A DNA stretch of 64,000 nt from an uncultured Desulfatitalea sp. (GTDB lineage Bacteria; Desulfobacterota; Desulfobacteria; Desulfobacterales; Desulfosarcinaceae): positions 2,592,001 through 2,656,000 of the forward strand of contig CAXXMB010000002.1 of the NCBI GenBank assembly GCA_963668675.2, in the 5' to 3' direction. Position numbers and translations under genes: made by a program. The notes beneath the pieces are model-generated. The model saw only the letters and a program-made list of their open reading frames with translations, did not search any database and had not been told where the DNA came from. Of this stretch, positions 47,688 to 57,842 are shown in pieces (position 1 is the stretch's first letter; every line of letters begins with the position of its first letter).

Positions 47688-48416
47688 CTAAGTCCGGACG
47701 CTGTTGTCGATAAAGAGATAACCGACCCCCCGGACCGTCTTCAGGTAGGTGGGGTTGTCGGCGTCGTCTCCCAATTGCTGGCGAATTCGGGAGACATAGA
47801 CATCCACGGATCGGTCGAAGCCGTTGTACTTTTCCCGGTACATGGCTTCGTAGAGTTCGTCCCGGGAAACCACGCGACCGGTCCGTTTGGCCAGGTACCA
47901 GAGCAGTTCGAACTGGATGGTCGTGAGCTCGATCGGCCGGTTGGCCAGGAAGACCTCTCTGCGGGTGGCGTCCACCACCAGCTCTCCGGCCCGGATTCGG
48001 CGACCGTCGGTCACGCCTGCCGCGCCGTGGCGGCGTTTGAGGTGGGCGATGAATCTGGCGGCCAGCAAAGCCGGCGATGCGGGCAGAATGATATAGTCGT
48101 CGGCACCCCGTTCGAAGGCGAGCAGCTGCGCGGCCTCATCACCGCTCTCGCCGGTAAAGAGGATCAGGCCGTTGTAGTAGGGGCGGATGGCGGCACAGAC
48201 GTCATAGGCGCCGGCCACGGGGAGTTGGGCACCCATCAGAACGATGTCCGGGGCCGATGTGATGATCTGGCCGATGGCCTGGCTACTTTCGCGAATACAG
48301 CGCACGATGAAATCCTTGGCCGAGAGATAGTTGACCAGCGGGTGGTCGTCGTCCAGGGCCGCGTCGCAGATAAAGATCGTCGAAGGCTTTTTGCGGATCA
48401 CTGTTGGGCTCAACAT
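47688..48416 (-). CDS. OmpR-family (RstA-like) response regulator with atypical receiver
   Basis: wHTH DRSVDVYVSRIRQQL..KTVRGVGYLF. The receiver lacks the phosphoacceptor Asp (VLMGAQLP). Confidence 0.85.
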   Translation of the reverse strand: MLSPTVIRKKPSTIFICDAALDDDHPLVNYLSAKDFIVRCIRESSQAIGQIITSAPDIVLMGAQLPVAGAYDVCAAIRPYYNGLILFTGESGDEAAQLLAFERGADDYIILPASPALLAARFIAHLKRRHGAAGVTDGRRIRAGELVVDATRREVFLANRPIELTTIQFELLWYLAKRTGRVVSRDELYEAMYREKYNGFDRSVDVYVSRIRQQLGDDADNPTYLKTVRGVGYLFIDNSVRT

Positions 48417-48503
48417 CGCTCCTTTCCCGGGAAGGGGTCAATTTTCACAACGGCGCAGGTGAAAAAGCAGATCCACATGCGTGGGGCGTATCGCAATCTT
48501 ACG

Positions 48504-49718
48504 CTACTCATAGCGAAGCGCCTCGATGGGGTCCAGGCTGGCCGCTTTCCTGGCTGGAAAGTAGCCGAACGCAACGCCCACCATGCCCGAAAAGAGAAAT
48601 GCCGCAGTCACAATGCCCGGCTTGAAGACGAAGGGAATGCCGATCAGCCGGGTGCCGATGCCGGAGGCGGCCAGCCCAAGGATAACACCGATCAAGCCGC
48701 CGAAGGCGGCCAACACCACCGACTCCACCAGAAATTGCGTCAGCACTTCGCGCTCCAGGGCGCCGATGGCCAGCCGGGTGCCGATCTCGCGGGTGCGTTC
48801 GGTCACCGAAACCATCATGATGTTCATGATGCCGATGCCGCCCACCAGAAGACTGACACCGGCCACGGCGCTTAACAAGGCTGTCAGGACCGTGGTCGTT
48901 CCGGTGAGGGTGTCGATGAGCTCTTTCATGTCGCGAACATGAAAATCGTCATCCTGGCCGGCGCCGATCCCGCGCCGCTCGCGCATCAATCGTTCGATGG
49001 CGGTTTTTACCGCCGCGGTGGAGATTCCGTCGCGCGCGGCAACGAGAATTGTCGACACATCCGTGTTGCCGGCGATTCGCCGCTGCAGGGTCTTCACGGG
49101 AACGATGACGATGTCGTCCTGGTCCTGCCCGAAGCTGGACTGCCCTTTCTCATTGAGCGTACCGATCACTTTGAAAGAGATCTTGCCCAACCGGATGGCC
49201 TGACCGATCGGAGAGACGCGGCCGAAGAGCTCCGTCTGAACGGTATGCCCCAGCAGGCAGACCGCCTTTCCCGCTTTCTCCTCCCCGGCGCTGAATTCAC
49301 GCCCCTCACCGAGCTGCCACCCCTGCACTGTGAGAAAGGCGTTGGTGGTGCCGGTGATGGCGGTGGCCCAGTTGGCGCTGCCGTAGATGGCCTGCTGGGA
49401 GGCGCTGACGGTCGGCGCCACCGCTTGGAGGCCGTAGATATTGTTTTGGATCGCTTCGGCATCCGCCACTTCAAATGCATCCGCACTGCTACGGGCGCCG
49501 CCCGGCCCGCGCATGCCCTGCCCCGGGCGCACATGCAGCTGGTTGCTGCCCAACTGGGAGATGTCATTGGTCACTTTGGCCGTGGCGCCGCTGCCCAGGG
49601 TCACCATGGCGATCACTGCGGCGACGCCGATCACGATGCCCAGAATGGTGAGGAAAGAGCGCAGTACATTGCGCCGGATGGCCCGCTGGGCCAACAGAAA
49701 TGCTTCCCATATCATCAT
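48504..49718 (-). CDS. MacB-type ABC transporter permease
   Basis: RSFLTILGIVIGV and GGIGIMNIMMVSVTERTREIG motifs. Confidence 0.95.
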   Translation of the reverse strand: MMIWEAFLLAQRAIRRNVLRSFLTILGIVIGVAAVIAMVTLGSGATAKVTNDISQLGSNQLHVRPGQGMRGPGGARSSADAFEVADAEAIQNNIYGLQAVAPTVSASQQAIYGSANWATAITGTTNAFLTVQGWQLGEGREFSAGEEKAGKAVCLLGHTVQTELFGRVSPIGQAIRLGKISFKVIGTLNEKGQSSFGQDQDDIVIVPVKTLQRRIAGNTDVSTILVAARDGISTAAVKTAIERLMRERRGIGAGQDDDFHVRDMKELIDTLTGTTTVLTALLSAVAGVSLLVGGIGIMNIMMVSVTERTREIGTRLAIGALEREVLTQFLVESVVLAAFGGLIGVILGLAASGIGTRLIGIPFVFKPGIVTAAFLFSGMVGVAFGYFPARKAASLDPIEALRYE

Positions 49719-50419
49719 GATGCCGCTCCGCGGTTTGAGTCCCCCGTAATACGTCCATCCTGGAAGTGCAGCCGGCGGCCGGCATAGGCGGCCATCTCCT
49801 CCTCATGGGTCACCATGACGATGGTGATCCCTTTCCGGCGATTGAAGGATAGCAGCATCTCCATGATCTCTCTGCTTCTTACCGAGTCCAGGTTGCCCGT
49901 GGGTTCGTCGGCCAGTAGTATTTTGGGCCGGCCGGCGATGGCCCTGGCGATGGCCACGCGCTGTTGTTGTCCGCCGGAGAGTTCTGCCGGCGTGTGGTGG
50001 GCCCAGCGTTCGAGCCCCACGGTGGCAAGTGCTTCCATGGCCCGCTGGCGCCGAATTTTTGTATGAATTTTTCGATAGACCAGCGGCAGTTCGACGTTTT
50101 CAAGGGCCGATGTGCGGCTCAAGAGGTTGAATCCCTGGAAGATGAATCCCAGGTAGTGTCGCCGCAGCGCGGCCCGCTGGTTGCGGGAGAGCTGTTCCAC
50201 CGCTACGCCGTCGAAGCGGTAGCCTCCACGGGTGGGGGTGTCGAGGCATCCCAGGATATTCAGGCAGGTGGATTTGCCCGATCCGCTGGGGCCCATCATG
50301 GCCACAAACTCTCCCTCGCCGATGCGCAGGTCGATCCGTTTCAGGGCCTGCATCGCCGCCTGGCCCTGGCCATAGATTTTGGCGACGCCGCTGAATTCGA
50401 TCAGGGCGGGTTTTAGCAA
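49715..50419 (-). CDS. ABC transporter ATP-binding protein (MacB/LolD-like)
   Basis: GPSGSGKS, LSGGQQQRVAIARA and ADEPTGNLD. Start inferred from RBS. Confidence 0.93.
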   Translation of the reverse strand: MLKPALIEFSGVAKIYGQGQAAMQALKRIDLRIGEGEFVAMMGPSGSGKSTCLNILGCLDTPTRGGYRFDGVAVEQLSRNQRAALRRHYLGFIFQGFNLLSRTSALENVELPLVYRKIHTKIRRQRAMEALATVGLERWAHHTPAELSGGQQQRVAIARAIAGRPKILLADEPTGNLDSVRSREIMEMLLSFNRRKGITIVMVTHEEEMAAYAGRRLHFQDGRITGDSNRGAAS

Positions 50420-50438
50420 AGGGCGTTCCCTCTTTCGA

Positions 50439-51734
50439 TCAGTTGGTGGCGATTGCGTTAACAACAAGCGCTTCATCCTCCTGCAGTTGTGTTGATCGGA
50501 CGGCCGTCAATGCCATGTCGGTGGCGATCTTCTCGACCGGCACCGGCACCGGCCGGCCCTCATTCAAGACCCAGACGTTGGTCTCCATTGCCTGCCTATC
50601 CGGCCCACTGTTCCCGGAGTCCTTTTTCGAGGCGCTGCGGTGGGGCGGCCGCGGCAGAAGGGAATCCAGCAGACTCCGGTTTCGTCTTCCGCCTGCGGCC
50701 GCAACGGGGGGGGAAAAGCGCAGTGCCGCGTTCGGCACCAGCAGGGTGTTCTCTACTTTCTGTACGACAATGTCTGCCGTGGCGGTCATGCCGGGCCTCA
50801 GCAGAAGATCCGGGTTCTCCACCCGCAGCACCGCCTTGTAGGTGACCACACCATCGGTGGTCTCCGCACCGTAGCGGACCTGGGTGATCTGCGCCTCGAA
50901 GGTGCGCTCCGGGTAGGCGTCCACCGTGAAGGTGGCCAGCTGCCCCTCTCTCACCTGGCCCACGTCGGCTTCGTCCACATCCACCTGGAGCTCCATGTGG
51001 TGCAGGTCCTCGGCCAGGACAAAGAGGACCGGGGCCTCCAGGGAGGCCGCCACCGTCTGGCCTGGTTCAACGTCGCGGCTGAGGACGATGCCATTGATCG
51101 GTGCATAGATGACCGTGCGTTTGAGGTCGGTCTGGTTTGACCGGAGGTTGGCCAGGGCGCTCTCGATGGCTGCCGCCGCGGATTGGACCGCTGCGGTCGA
51201 GCGCTCCAGATCGGCCTCCGCCTCCTCCAGGTCCTCCAGGGACGGTAGCTTGCCATTGGTCAGCTCGCGTGTTTTGCGGTAGCGCCGCACCTTCTTCTCA
51301 GCGGCCTTTTGGGTGGCGACAGCTTCTTGATGGTCGGCCCGGGCCGACGCCACCTCTGCCTCGGATTTCATGACCGCAGCGCTGTATTTGGCGTCGTCCA
51401 GGTAGGCCAACGGCTGGCCGAGCGTTACATTGTCGTTGTAATCCGCGGTCATGCGGGTGATCGTTCCCGAAAGTTCACTGCCCACCTCCACCTGGTTGGT
51501 CGCCTCCAGGTTGCCGGTGGCGGTGACCGTGACCACCAGGTTCCCTAAGCGCACCGGTTGGGTCTCATAGAGCATCGGGGCATCCTGGCCGCCCACTGAC
51601 CATGCCACCGTCAAGGCCACAAGGGAGAGCAGCAGGATGATACCGGCGATCCAGGCGATGCGGCGTTTGCGACCGGCAGTTTTTTCCACCTGCGCCATCA
51701 TCTCTTTGGTTGGGGTGTTTGTTGTCTCTATCAT
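50439..51734 (-). CDS. MacA-like periplasmic adaptor subunit
   Basis: N-terminal TM, ATGNLE..VEVGSELSG, APINGIV and LRPGMTA motifs. Confidence 0.92.
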   Translation of the reverse strand: MIETTNTPTKEMMAQVEKTAGRKRRIAWIAGIILLLSLVALTVAWSVGGQDAPMLYETQPVRLGNLVVTVTATGNLEATNQVEVGSELSGTITRMTADYNDNVTLGQPLAYLDDAKYSAAVMKSEAEVASARADHQEAVATQKAAEKKVRRYRKTRELTNGKLPSLEDLEEAEADLERSTAAVQSAAAAIESALANLRSNQTDLKRTVIYAPINGIVLSRDVEPGQTVAASLEAPVLFVLAEDLHHMELQVDVDEADVGQVREGQLATFTVDAYPERTFEAQITQVRYGAETTDGVVTYKAVLRVENPDLLLRPGMTATADIVVQKVENTLLVPNAALRFSPPVAAAGGRRNRSLLDSLLPRPPHRSASKKDSGNSGPDRQAMETNVWVLNEGRPVPVPVEKIATDMALTAVRSTQLQEDEALVVNAIATN

Positions 51735-51739
51735 TGTGC

Positions 51740-53221
51740 TCAACCTTCGTTGACTTTCGGTGATTGCCGACCGGCCATCTGACCGAAGGACTGCCATCCG
51801 CCGCCAAGGGCCTTATAGAGGCGCACCAGCCCAGTCAGGACCGCCCCCTGGCTTTCGGCCATCTGATCTTCAAACGAGAGCAGCGAGCGCTGGGCATCCA
51901 GAACATCGCTGAAACCGGTCATGCCGGTGGTGTATTGGTGCCCGGCGAGCTCGGCGGCGGTGCGGGCTGCGTCCGAGGCGGCCCGCAGTATCTCCATCTT
52001 CTGCTGCTCCTGGGCATAGGCGATCAGAGCGTTTTCCACCTCCTCCAGGACGGAGAGGATCGTGGCTTCATAGCGGGCCAGGGCTTGCTCCTGCAGCTCT
52101 TCCTGCACCTTGATGTTGTTGCGAATGGTTCCGGCCTTGAAGATTGGCCAACTGATCGAAGGCCCGAAAGACCACACCCGGGCAGCCGAGGAGAAGAGAT
52201 CGCCCAACGAGAGAGACTCCAGGCCGATCGATCCGCTCAGGGTCAACTTGGGGTAGAGATCCGCCTCCGCCTCTCCGATGCGGGCCGTCTGGGCGGCCAG
52301 TTCACGCTCTGCCCTGCGAACATCCGGCCGTTGGCGAATCGCATCGGCCGGAACACCAACGGCCAGATCGATCGATACCGTTGGGAGCGGCTGGGCAGCA
52401 GCCAGTTCCGCCTGCAGGGATCCGGCCGTCTGGCCGGCCAATACGGCCAGCCGGTTCATCGCCTCCTCCGCCCCTACCATTAGATCGGGGATTTTGGCGC
52501 GTGAGCTCTCCAGGTTATAGCGCGCCTGGGCAACGGCCAGTTCATCGCCCATGCCCGCGCGGGAGAGGGCCTCGAGCAGCTTCCAGGTCTCCTCCTGGGA
52601 GGTCACGTTGCGCTCAGCCACCGTCAAACGCGTCTGATAGGTGCGCAGTTCGATATAGTTGCCGGCCACCTCGGCCAGCAGCGTCACCATGACATCGTTG
52701 AGATCTTCGATGCCGGCCTCCAGATCGGCCAGGGCAGCCTCTGTCGCACGCCGGGTGCCGCCGAAGAGATCCAGTTCCCAGCTGGCATCGAAGCCCGCCG
52801 TATAGAGTTCGGTCTCGTTCATCGCGCCGGATGCGTCTTCCTGGCCGCTTTTGCGGGCGGCACCGGCAGCCTCTACGGTCGGAAAGAGGTCGGCGCGACT
52901 GATCCGTTGCCGATAGCGCGCTTCACGCACCCGTGATACCGCTTCGCGCACGTCGAGATTGTCCGCTACGGCCAACTGCACCAGCCGGGTCAGTTGCGGG
53001 TCTTCCAGATTTTGCCACCACCGGGTCAGGGTTGCCGTATCCTGATCACCGTCGTCTCCAGAAGTGCCGCGCCACTGATCGGGCAGTGGGGTCTCCGGGC
53101 GGATATAGTCCGGCCCGACGGCCGTGCAGCCAGCAATGAGCAAAAACCCGATGAGCGCCGTGAGGTAAAAGCGCCGCACCCCACGGTGCGGTGCGGCACT
53201 GCTATGGTTTGAAGTCGCCAC
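51740..53221 (-). CDS. TolC/OprM-family outer-membrane efflux lipoprotein
   Basis: Lipobox IAGC-TAVGPDY, WELDLFG, RPDVRRAE and LYKALGGGW. Confidence 0.95.
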   Translation of the reverse strand: MATSNHSSAAPHRGVRRFYLTALIGFLLIAGCTAVGPDYIRPETPLPDQWRGTSGDDGDQDTATLTRWWQNLEDPQLTRLVQLAVADNLDVREAVSRVREARYRQRISRADLFPTVEAAGAARKSGQEDASGAMNETELYTAGFDASWELDLFGGTRRATEAALADLEAGIEDLNDVMVTLLAEVAGNYIELRTYQTRLTVAERNVTSQEETWKLLEALSRAGMGDELAVAQARYNLESSRAKIPDLMVGAEEAMNRLAVLAGQTAGSLQAELAAAQPLPTVSIDLAVGVPADAIRQRPDVRRAERELAAQTARIGEAEADLYPKLTLSGSIGLESLSLGDLFSSAARVWSFGPSISWPIFKAGTIRNNIKVQEELQEQALARYEATILSVLEEVENALIAYAQEQQKMEILRAASDAARTAAELAGHQYTTGMTGFSDVLDAQRSLLSFEDQMAESQGAVLTGLVRLYKALGGGWQSFGQMAGRQSPKVNEG

Positions 53222-53670
53222 TATTCCGATCCGCGACGATTGCGGTTATGTCCCGGTCTGCCGGCCAGCAGCTCCTCACTGGTCAGGACGCCGTCACCAT
53301 CGCTGTCCAGACGCTCGAAGTGGTGGTCCGGCCCCGGAAACTCCTCAAGCGAGAGCTGGCCGTCGCCATCTTCGTCAAAGTCGGTCATCAACTCCTCCGG
53401 ATCGGGCCGATGACGGGGCGGTCGCTGCGGTGCCTCATCGGCGTCGATGGCTCCGTCGCCATTGCTGTCCAGGCGGTCAAAGTGACGTTCGGGGCCAGGA
53501 AATTCGTCGATGGAGACCACGCCGTCGTCATTCTTGTCAAACCGTTGAATAAACAGAGATGATTCGTTCGCAGAATCACTATCTGCCGCTAAGGCCAACG
53601 CCGGCCAGATGCCCATCAGCATTGCGAAAGCGAAGATTAGCAGAAAAGAAGAGATGTTTTTTACGTTCAT
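53221..53670 (-). CDS. Exported EF-hand protein
   Basis: Signal peptide ending ALA and four DxN/DxDG EF loops arranged as a duplicated pair. RBS GGAGG. Confidence 0.88.
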   Translation of the reverse strand: MNVKNISSFLLIFAFAMLMGIWPALALAADSDSANESSLFIQRFDKNDDGVVSIDEFPGPERHFDRLDSNGDGAIDADEAPQRPPRHRPDPEELMTDFDEDGDGQLSLEEFPGPDHHFERLDSDGDGVLTSEELLAGRPGHNRNRRGSE

Positions 53671-53740
53671 GATAACCTCCATGGGTTGGTAATGTTTCAA
53701 TCTGTTTGTGCATATCCTGACCCCTGTCTAACATCTGAAT

Positions 53741-53766
53741 ATGGAGAAAATGTGGAGAAAGTGTGG
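53741..53766 (-). promoter_or_regulatory. BaeR-box-like tandem repeat
   Basis: TGGAGAAA repeated with 11-bp period (minus strand TTTCTCCACATTTTCTCCAT), lying between the efflux operon and baeS-like gene. Confidence 0.55.
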
Positions 53767-53867
53767 GCTTTGCGGGTAGATTGGGGATGGCGATTGAAAT
53801 TGAGGGTGATATGGGTTTAAGGATAGGCAGTTCGACAATGTGAATCCCGAGGTGTCAAATACATAAA

Positions 53868-55280
53868 ATGCGAATAAAACTATCATACAAGCTGTTCGGC
53901 GCGTTCTTTTTAATTCTGGCTGTTGTCGTTGGCGCGCTGTCGCTGTCGCGGTACATCTTTTCGGTCAACTTTAAAAACTACATTCACCAGGTGGAGTTGG
54001 AGCGGCTGACGAGCCTCGTGCCTGAACTGCAGGAGAGGTTTCGTGAACAAGGCAGTTGGGCAGGGTTGACCACCGAGCCGGAGCACTGGCGGCACGTCAT
54101 GAGAAGAGGCCCCGGCGAAGACAGGTTTGTCCCGCCGCCCCCCCCGGCGTCACCCTCTGCCAATGGGGCCGCCCCTGCAAAGCGGCGTCATCCCGGCGGA
54201 CCCCCCGTGATTCTGTTGACCGATGACCAGGATCGCGCCATCATCGGTACACCGCAACCGAAGGACCAACGGCGCCTGGTCCCCATCGAGGTGGAGGGTC
54301 GAATCGTCGGATGGCTTGGGCTGCAGCGGCGGGAACACTTCAGGTCCGGTCCGCCGGCCGAACTGCTCAAGCGCCAGGCCAGACATCTCTACTTTCTGGG
54401 CGGTGCGGTGATCGCCTTGACCGCACTGATCGCCTTTCTCTTCTCCCGGCATCTGCTGCGCCCGATCCAGCACCTTGCACGGGGAACACGGGAGCTCGCC
54501 GGCCGCAATTTCGAGGTTCGCATCACACCCACCACCGGAGACGAACTGGGGCAGTTGGCGGAGAACTTCAATGCCATGGCGCAGACCCTCGAAAATTACG
54601 AGAAGATCCGGCGCCAGTGGCTGACCGACATCTCCCACGAACTCAGGACCCCGCTGGCCGTGCTGCGCGGTGAGATCGAAGCACTCCAGGATGGCGTGCG
54701 CGATCCGTCTCCGCGCAACCTGGCATCCCTGCATGCGGAGATATTGAGGATCGGTAAGCTGGTGGAAGATCTGCACCTTCTCTCTCTGGCCGACTCGGAC
54801 CGCATCTTTCTGGACAAGCAGCCGATGCAGATCAGCAGGGTGCTGGAGAAGGTCATCGAAAACTATCAAACCCGGCTGGTCGAGTGCCGGATCGAAGTGG
54901 ATCTTCGGCTCGACGAGATCGAAGAGCTCAACATCCGGGGCGATGCCGACCGTTTGGGACAAGTCTTTACCAATATTGTGGAGAATGCCTGCCGCTATGT
55001 CCATTCACCCGGGACGCTGAAGATCTACTGCCGCACCGATGACGCTTTTCTCACCCTTCGGTTTTTAGACTCCGGCCCGGGCGTTCCCGACGACGCGTTT
55101 GCCCATCTTTTTGACCGCCTCTACCGTGTGGACAGCTCCCGCAACCGGGATTCGGGCGGCAGCGGATTGGGGCTGGCGATCTGCCGGCATATCGTCGAAA
55201 ACCATGACGGCGAGATATGGGCGGAGCGCAGCCCGATGGGTGGTGTAACCATCGGCATACGACTGCCGCTGGAGGGGTGA
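53868..55280 (+). CDS. BaeS-like sensor histidine kinase
   Basis: Two TMs, HAMP, DISHELRTPLAVLRGEIEALQDG and SGGSGLGL motifs. Confidence 0.93.
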   Translation: MRIKLSYKLFGAFFLILAVVVGALSLSRYIFSVNFKNYIHQVELERLTSLVPELQERFREQGSWAGLTTEPEHWRHVMRRGPGEDRFVPPPPPASPSANGAAPAKRRHPGGPPVILLTDDQDRAIIGTPQPKDQRRLVPIEVEGRIVGWLGLQRREHFRSGPPAELLKRQARHLYFLGGAVIALTALIAFLFSRHLLRPIQHLARGTRELAGRNFEVRITPTTGDELGQLAENFNAMAQTLENYEKIRRQWLTDISHELRTPLAVLRGEIEALQDGVRDPSPRNLASLHAEILRIGKLVEDLHLLSLADSDRIFLDKQPMQISRVLEKVIENYQTRLVECRIEVDLRLDEIEELNIRGDADRLGQVFTNIVENACRYVHSPGTLKIYCRTDDAFLTLRFLDSGPGVPDDAFAHLFDRLYRVDSSRNRDSGGSGLGLAICRHIVENHDGEIWAERSPMGGVTIGIRLPLEG

Positions 55281-55284
55281 TACC

Positions 55285-55965
55285 ATGACAGATGAACATC
55301 TCCTGGTGGTCGAAGACGAGAAGAAGATTGCTGAGGTGCTGAGCGATTACCTGACACAGGCCGGATTTAAGGTCTCATGCATCCACAGCGGTGACCAGGC
55401 TGTTGAGAAGATAAAAGCGGTGTCTCCGGCGCTGGCCCTGCTTGATATCATGCTTCCGGGAATGGACGGCATCTCGGTCTGCCGGGAAGTGCGCAAATTC
55501 TCCGATATCCCCATTATCATGATCACCGCAAGGATAGAGGAGGTCGACCGTCTTCTCGGGTTGGAGATCGGCGCCGACGACTATATTTGCAAACCCTTCA
55601 GCCCCCGGGAGGTGGTGGCGCGGGTCAAGGCCGTTTTGCGGCGCGCACGCCCCGGCGAGACGCCTCAACGACTGGTTGCCGGCCCCATCATCCTTGATGA
55701 GGAGCTCCACCAGGTCACCATCGACGGTACGCCCCTCGCCCTCACCCCCAGCGAGTTCGGACTGTTTCACGTTCTGATGGCCGCCCCTAACCGTGTATTC
55801 TCTCGTGCCGACCTGCTCGACAAGGTGCAGGGATACCGCTACGACGGATACGACCGCACCATCGACAGCCACATCAAAAACCTTCGCAAAAAAATCTCCA
55901 AAAGGCTACCGAACAGAGAGATCATTCAGACCATCTACGGCGTCGGCTACCGATTCACGATCTGA
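55285..55965 (+). CDS. BaeR-like response regulator
   Basis: VEDE, LLDIMLP, ICKPFSPREV and DRTIDSHIKNLRKK motifs. Confidence 0.94.
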   Translation: MTDEHLLVVEDEKKIAEVLSDYLTQAGFKVSCIHSGDQAVEKIKAVSPALALLDIMLPGMDGISVCREVRKFSDIPIIMITARIEEVDRLLGLEIGADDYICKPFSPREVVARVKAVLRRARPGETPQRLVAGPIILDEELHQVTIDGTPLALTPSEFGLFHVLMAAPNRVFSRADLLDKVQGYRYDGYDRTIDSHIKNLRKKISKRLPNREIIQTIYGVGYRFTI

Positions 55966-56005
55966 CTTGTCTTCGGAAAGAGTGAAAGATTCCGTCGTGC
56001 ATAAC

Positions 56006-56151
56006 ATTAACCCGGCAATTAATTACCTTAGCAATCGTCATTCCGGCGAAGGCCGGGCACGCAGTGAAGCCTTGGTGCTATCCAGACCGTTCCTGGATCC
56101 CGGATCAAGTCCGGGATGACAAGGGTTGGCCTATGTAATTGCCGGTTTAAT
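56006..56151. repeat. MITE-like element with REP-like core
   Basis: TIRs ATTAACCCGGCAATTA / TAATTGCCGGTTTAAT (1 mismatch in 16) enclose the same GTCATTCCGGCGAAGGCCGG...CCGGGATGAC core as at 42.7 kb. Confidence 0.72.
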
Positions 56152-56284
56152 AATCAGCATTTTGATTTTGCGAATCCTACACGCACACGTGCACCGTTTC
56201 CAATCGTATGTTGTCTCATTTCGATCGAGAGTACGATTAAGAAAAACACTATCCCTTATCGTGGTAGATAGGCAGATTGAATTA

Positions 56285-57478
56285 TTATATGGCTTTTTCT
56301 ATCTTGAACTTTTTAAGATCATCGTAACTATATCCAAGTAGATCACAATAGATCGATTCGTTGTCCTCTCCAAGTAAAGAAGCGCGCCGGGTAATTTTGC
56401 CGGGCGTTCTCGAGAGCTTGATCTCAACGCCGACTACCGGTACTTTGCCAGTACCGGGATAATCGATCTCCTCCAACATCTTTCTGGCTGCCACCTGGGG
56501 CACTTTGATCGAAGCCGGGACGTCGTTAACCGGACCACAAGGGATACCGGCGTTGTCAAGCACAGCCATGGCCTCGGAAACGGTTTTTTCGCCGGCCCAT
56601 TCGCTGATGACTTCATCGATGGCAGGATAGTTCCGGTAACGCGCCAAATTGTCGATAAATCGAGTATCGGTTATCATTTCTTCACGGTTCAGGATGCGAC
56701 ACATTCGCCGCCACATGCTATTACCCACAATATTGATCATCAAATATCCGTCAGTGGCCTGAGCACTGCAGCAATAGGCGTAAAAACCCCCATTGCCGAC
56801 CTGCTTCCGCACCTCTCCCGAAACCAAATACTCCGCGGCACAACCTGATGCCGCTGCAATACCGAAGGCCACATCAAACAGGGCCACATCCACCAGTTGC
56901 CCACGGCCGCTTTTAGTGCGTTCGATATAAGCAATGAGGGCCCCTATCGCCGCCCGGGCGCCCGTATTGAAGTCGATAAAAGCCGGGCCCGAGCGGAGAG
57001 GAGGACCGCCCGGAAATCCGGTAAAACTCATCAGTCCTGCCATGGCCTGCGCAATGGCATCGAAGCAGGGGCGCTCGGAATAGGGACCATTCATTCCGAA
57101 GCCTGAGACGGAGACGACAATCAGTGCTGGATTGATTTTGCTCAGGCGCTCGTATTCAAGCGTTGTCGCCTCTTCCGTTCCCTTGGGGTAGTTATGAACC
57201 AAAATGTCGAACTTAGGAATCAATTGATCAAGGATCCGTTTGCCGACCTCCGACCTCAGGTTCAGTGTGATGTTCTTCTTGTTTCGCTGATAAGACAAGC
57301 CGAACATCATCGGCTGACCATCCTTGGAAAACGGTCCCACCTCTCGATCCACTTTGCCGCCGGGGGGTTCAACGCGTACGACGTCTGCGCCGTGGTCCGC
57401 AAGGCACATTGAGCAATATGGGGCTGCTATATAACTACCCATGTCCAAAACGCTGATCCCTTCGAGTGCACGTGCCAT
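56285..57478 (-). CDS. CoA-transferase family III (CaiB/BaiF)
   Basis: LEGISVLD, GADVVRVE, RNKK, GPY and the catalytic Asp in AFIDFNTG. Confidence 0.93.
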   Translation of the reverse strand: MARALEGISVLDMGSYIAAPYCSMCLADHGADVVRVEPPGGKVDREVGPFSKDGQPMMFGLSYQRNKKNITLNLRSEVGKRILDQLIPKFDILVHNYPKGTEEATTLEYERLSKINPALIVVSVSGFGMNGPYSERPCFDAIAQAMAGLMSFTGFPGGPPLRSGPAFIDFNTGARAAIGALIAYIERTKSGRGQLVDVALFDVAFGIAAASGCAAEYLVSGEVRKQVGNGGFYAYCCSAQATDGYLMINIVGNSMWRRMCRILNREEMITDTRFIDNLARYRNYPAIDEVISEWAGEKTVSEAMAVLDNAGIPCGPVNDVPASIKVPQVAARKMLEEIDYPGTGKVPVVGVEIKLSRTPGKITRRASLLGEDNESIYCDLLGYSYDDLKKFKIEKAI

Positions 57479-57842
57479 TTTGTGGCTCCTTTTAATGCCA
57501 AAGGTCGCTTATGCTAAAAGACGGAACGTATTTCCGGCAATTGCTATTAAGGTATATAGAATATTTGTTTTGGTTCAACAAGGTGTACATTTTTGAAATA
57601 ATGGCCGAAAGCGCCGGACATAGCCTCATCCTATTGACATGTCGAGGTTGTGTCGTCGGTGTTGTTTGCGCGTGTTAAATCATCTGTGGATCGGTGATAA
57701 AATAGCGTCAATAATGACTTGGAGTGATCAATGTACAATTATTCAAGAGGTGAAATGGCGCACGGACGCCAGCGAAGGGATTGACCTCTTTGACGTCTCC
57801 CGTTATGACAATGGCCTGGCATTGAACGAGGTTTCTGTTCAA

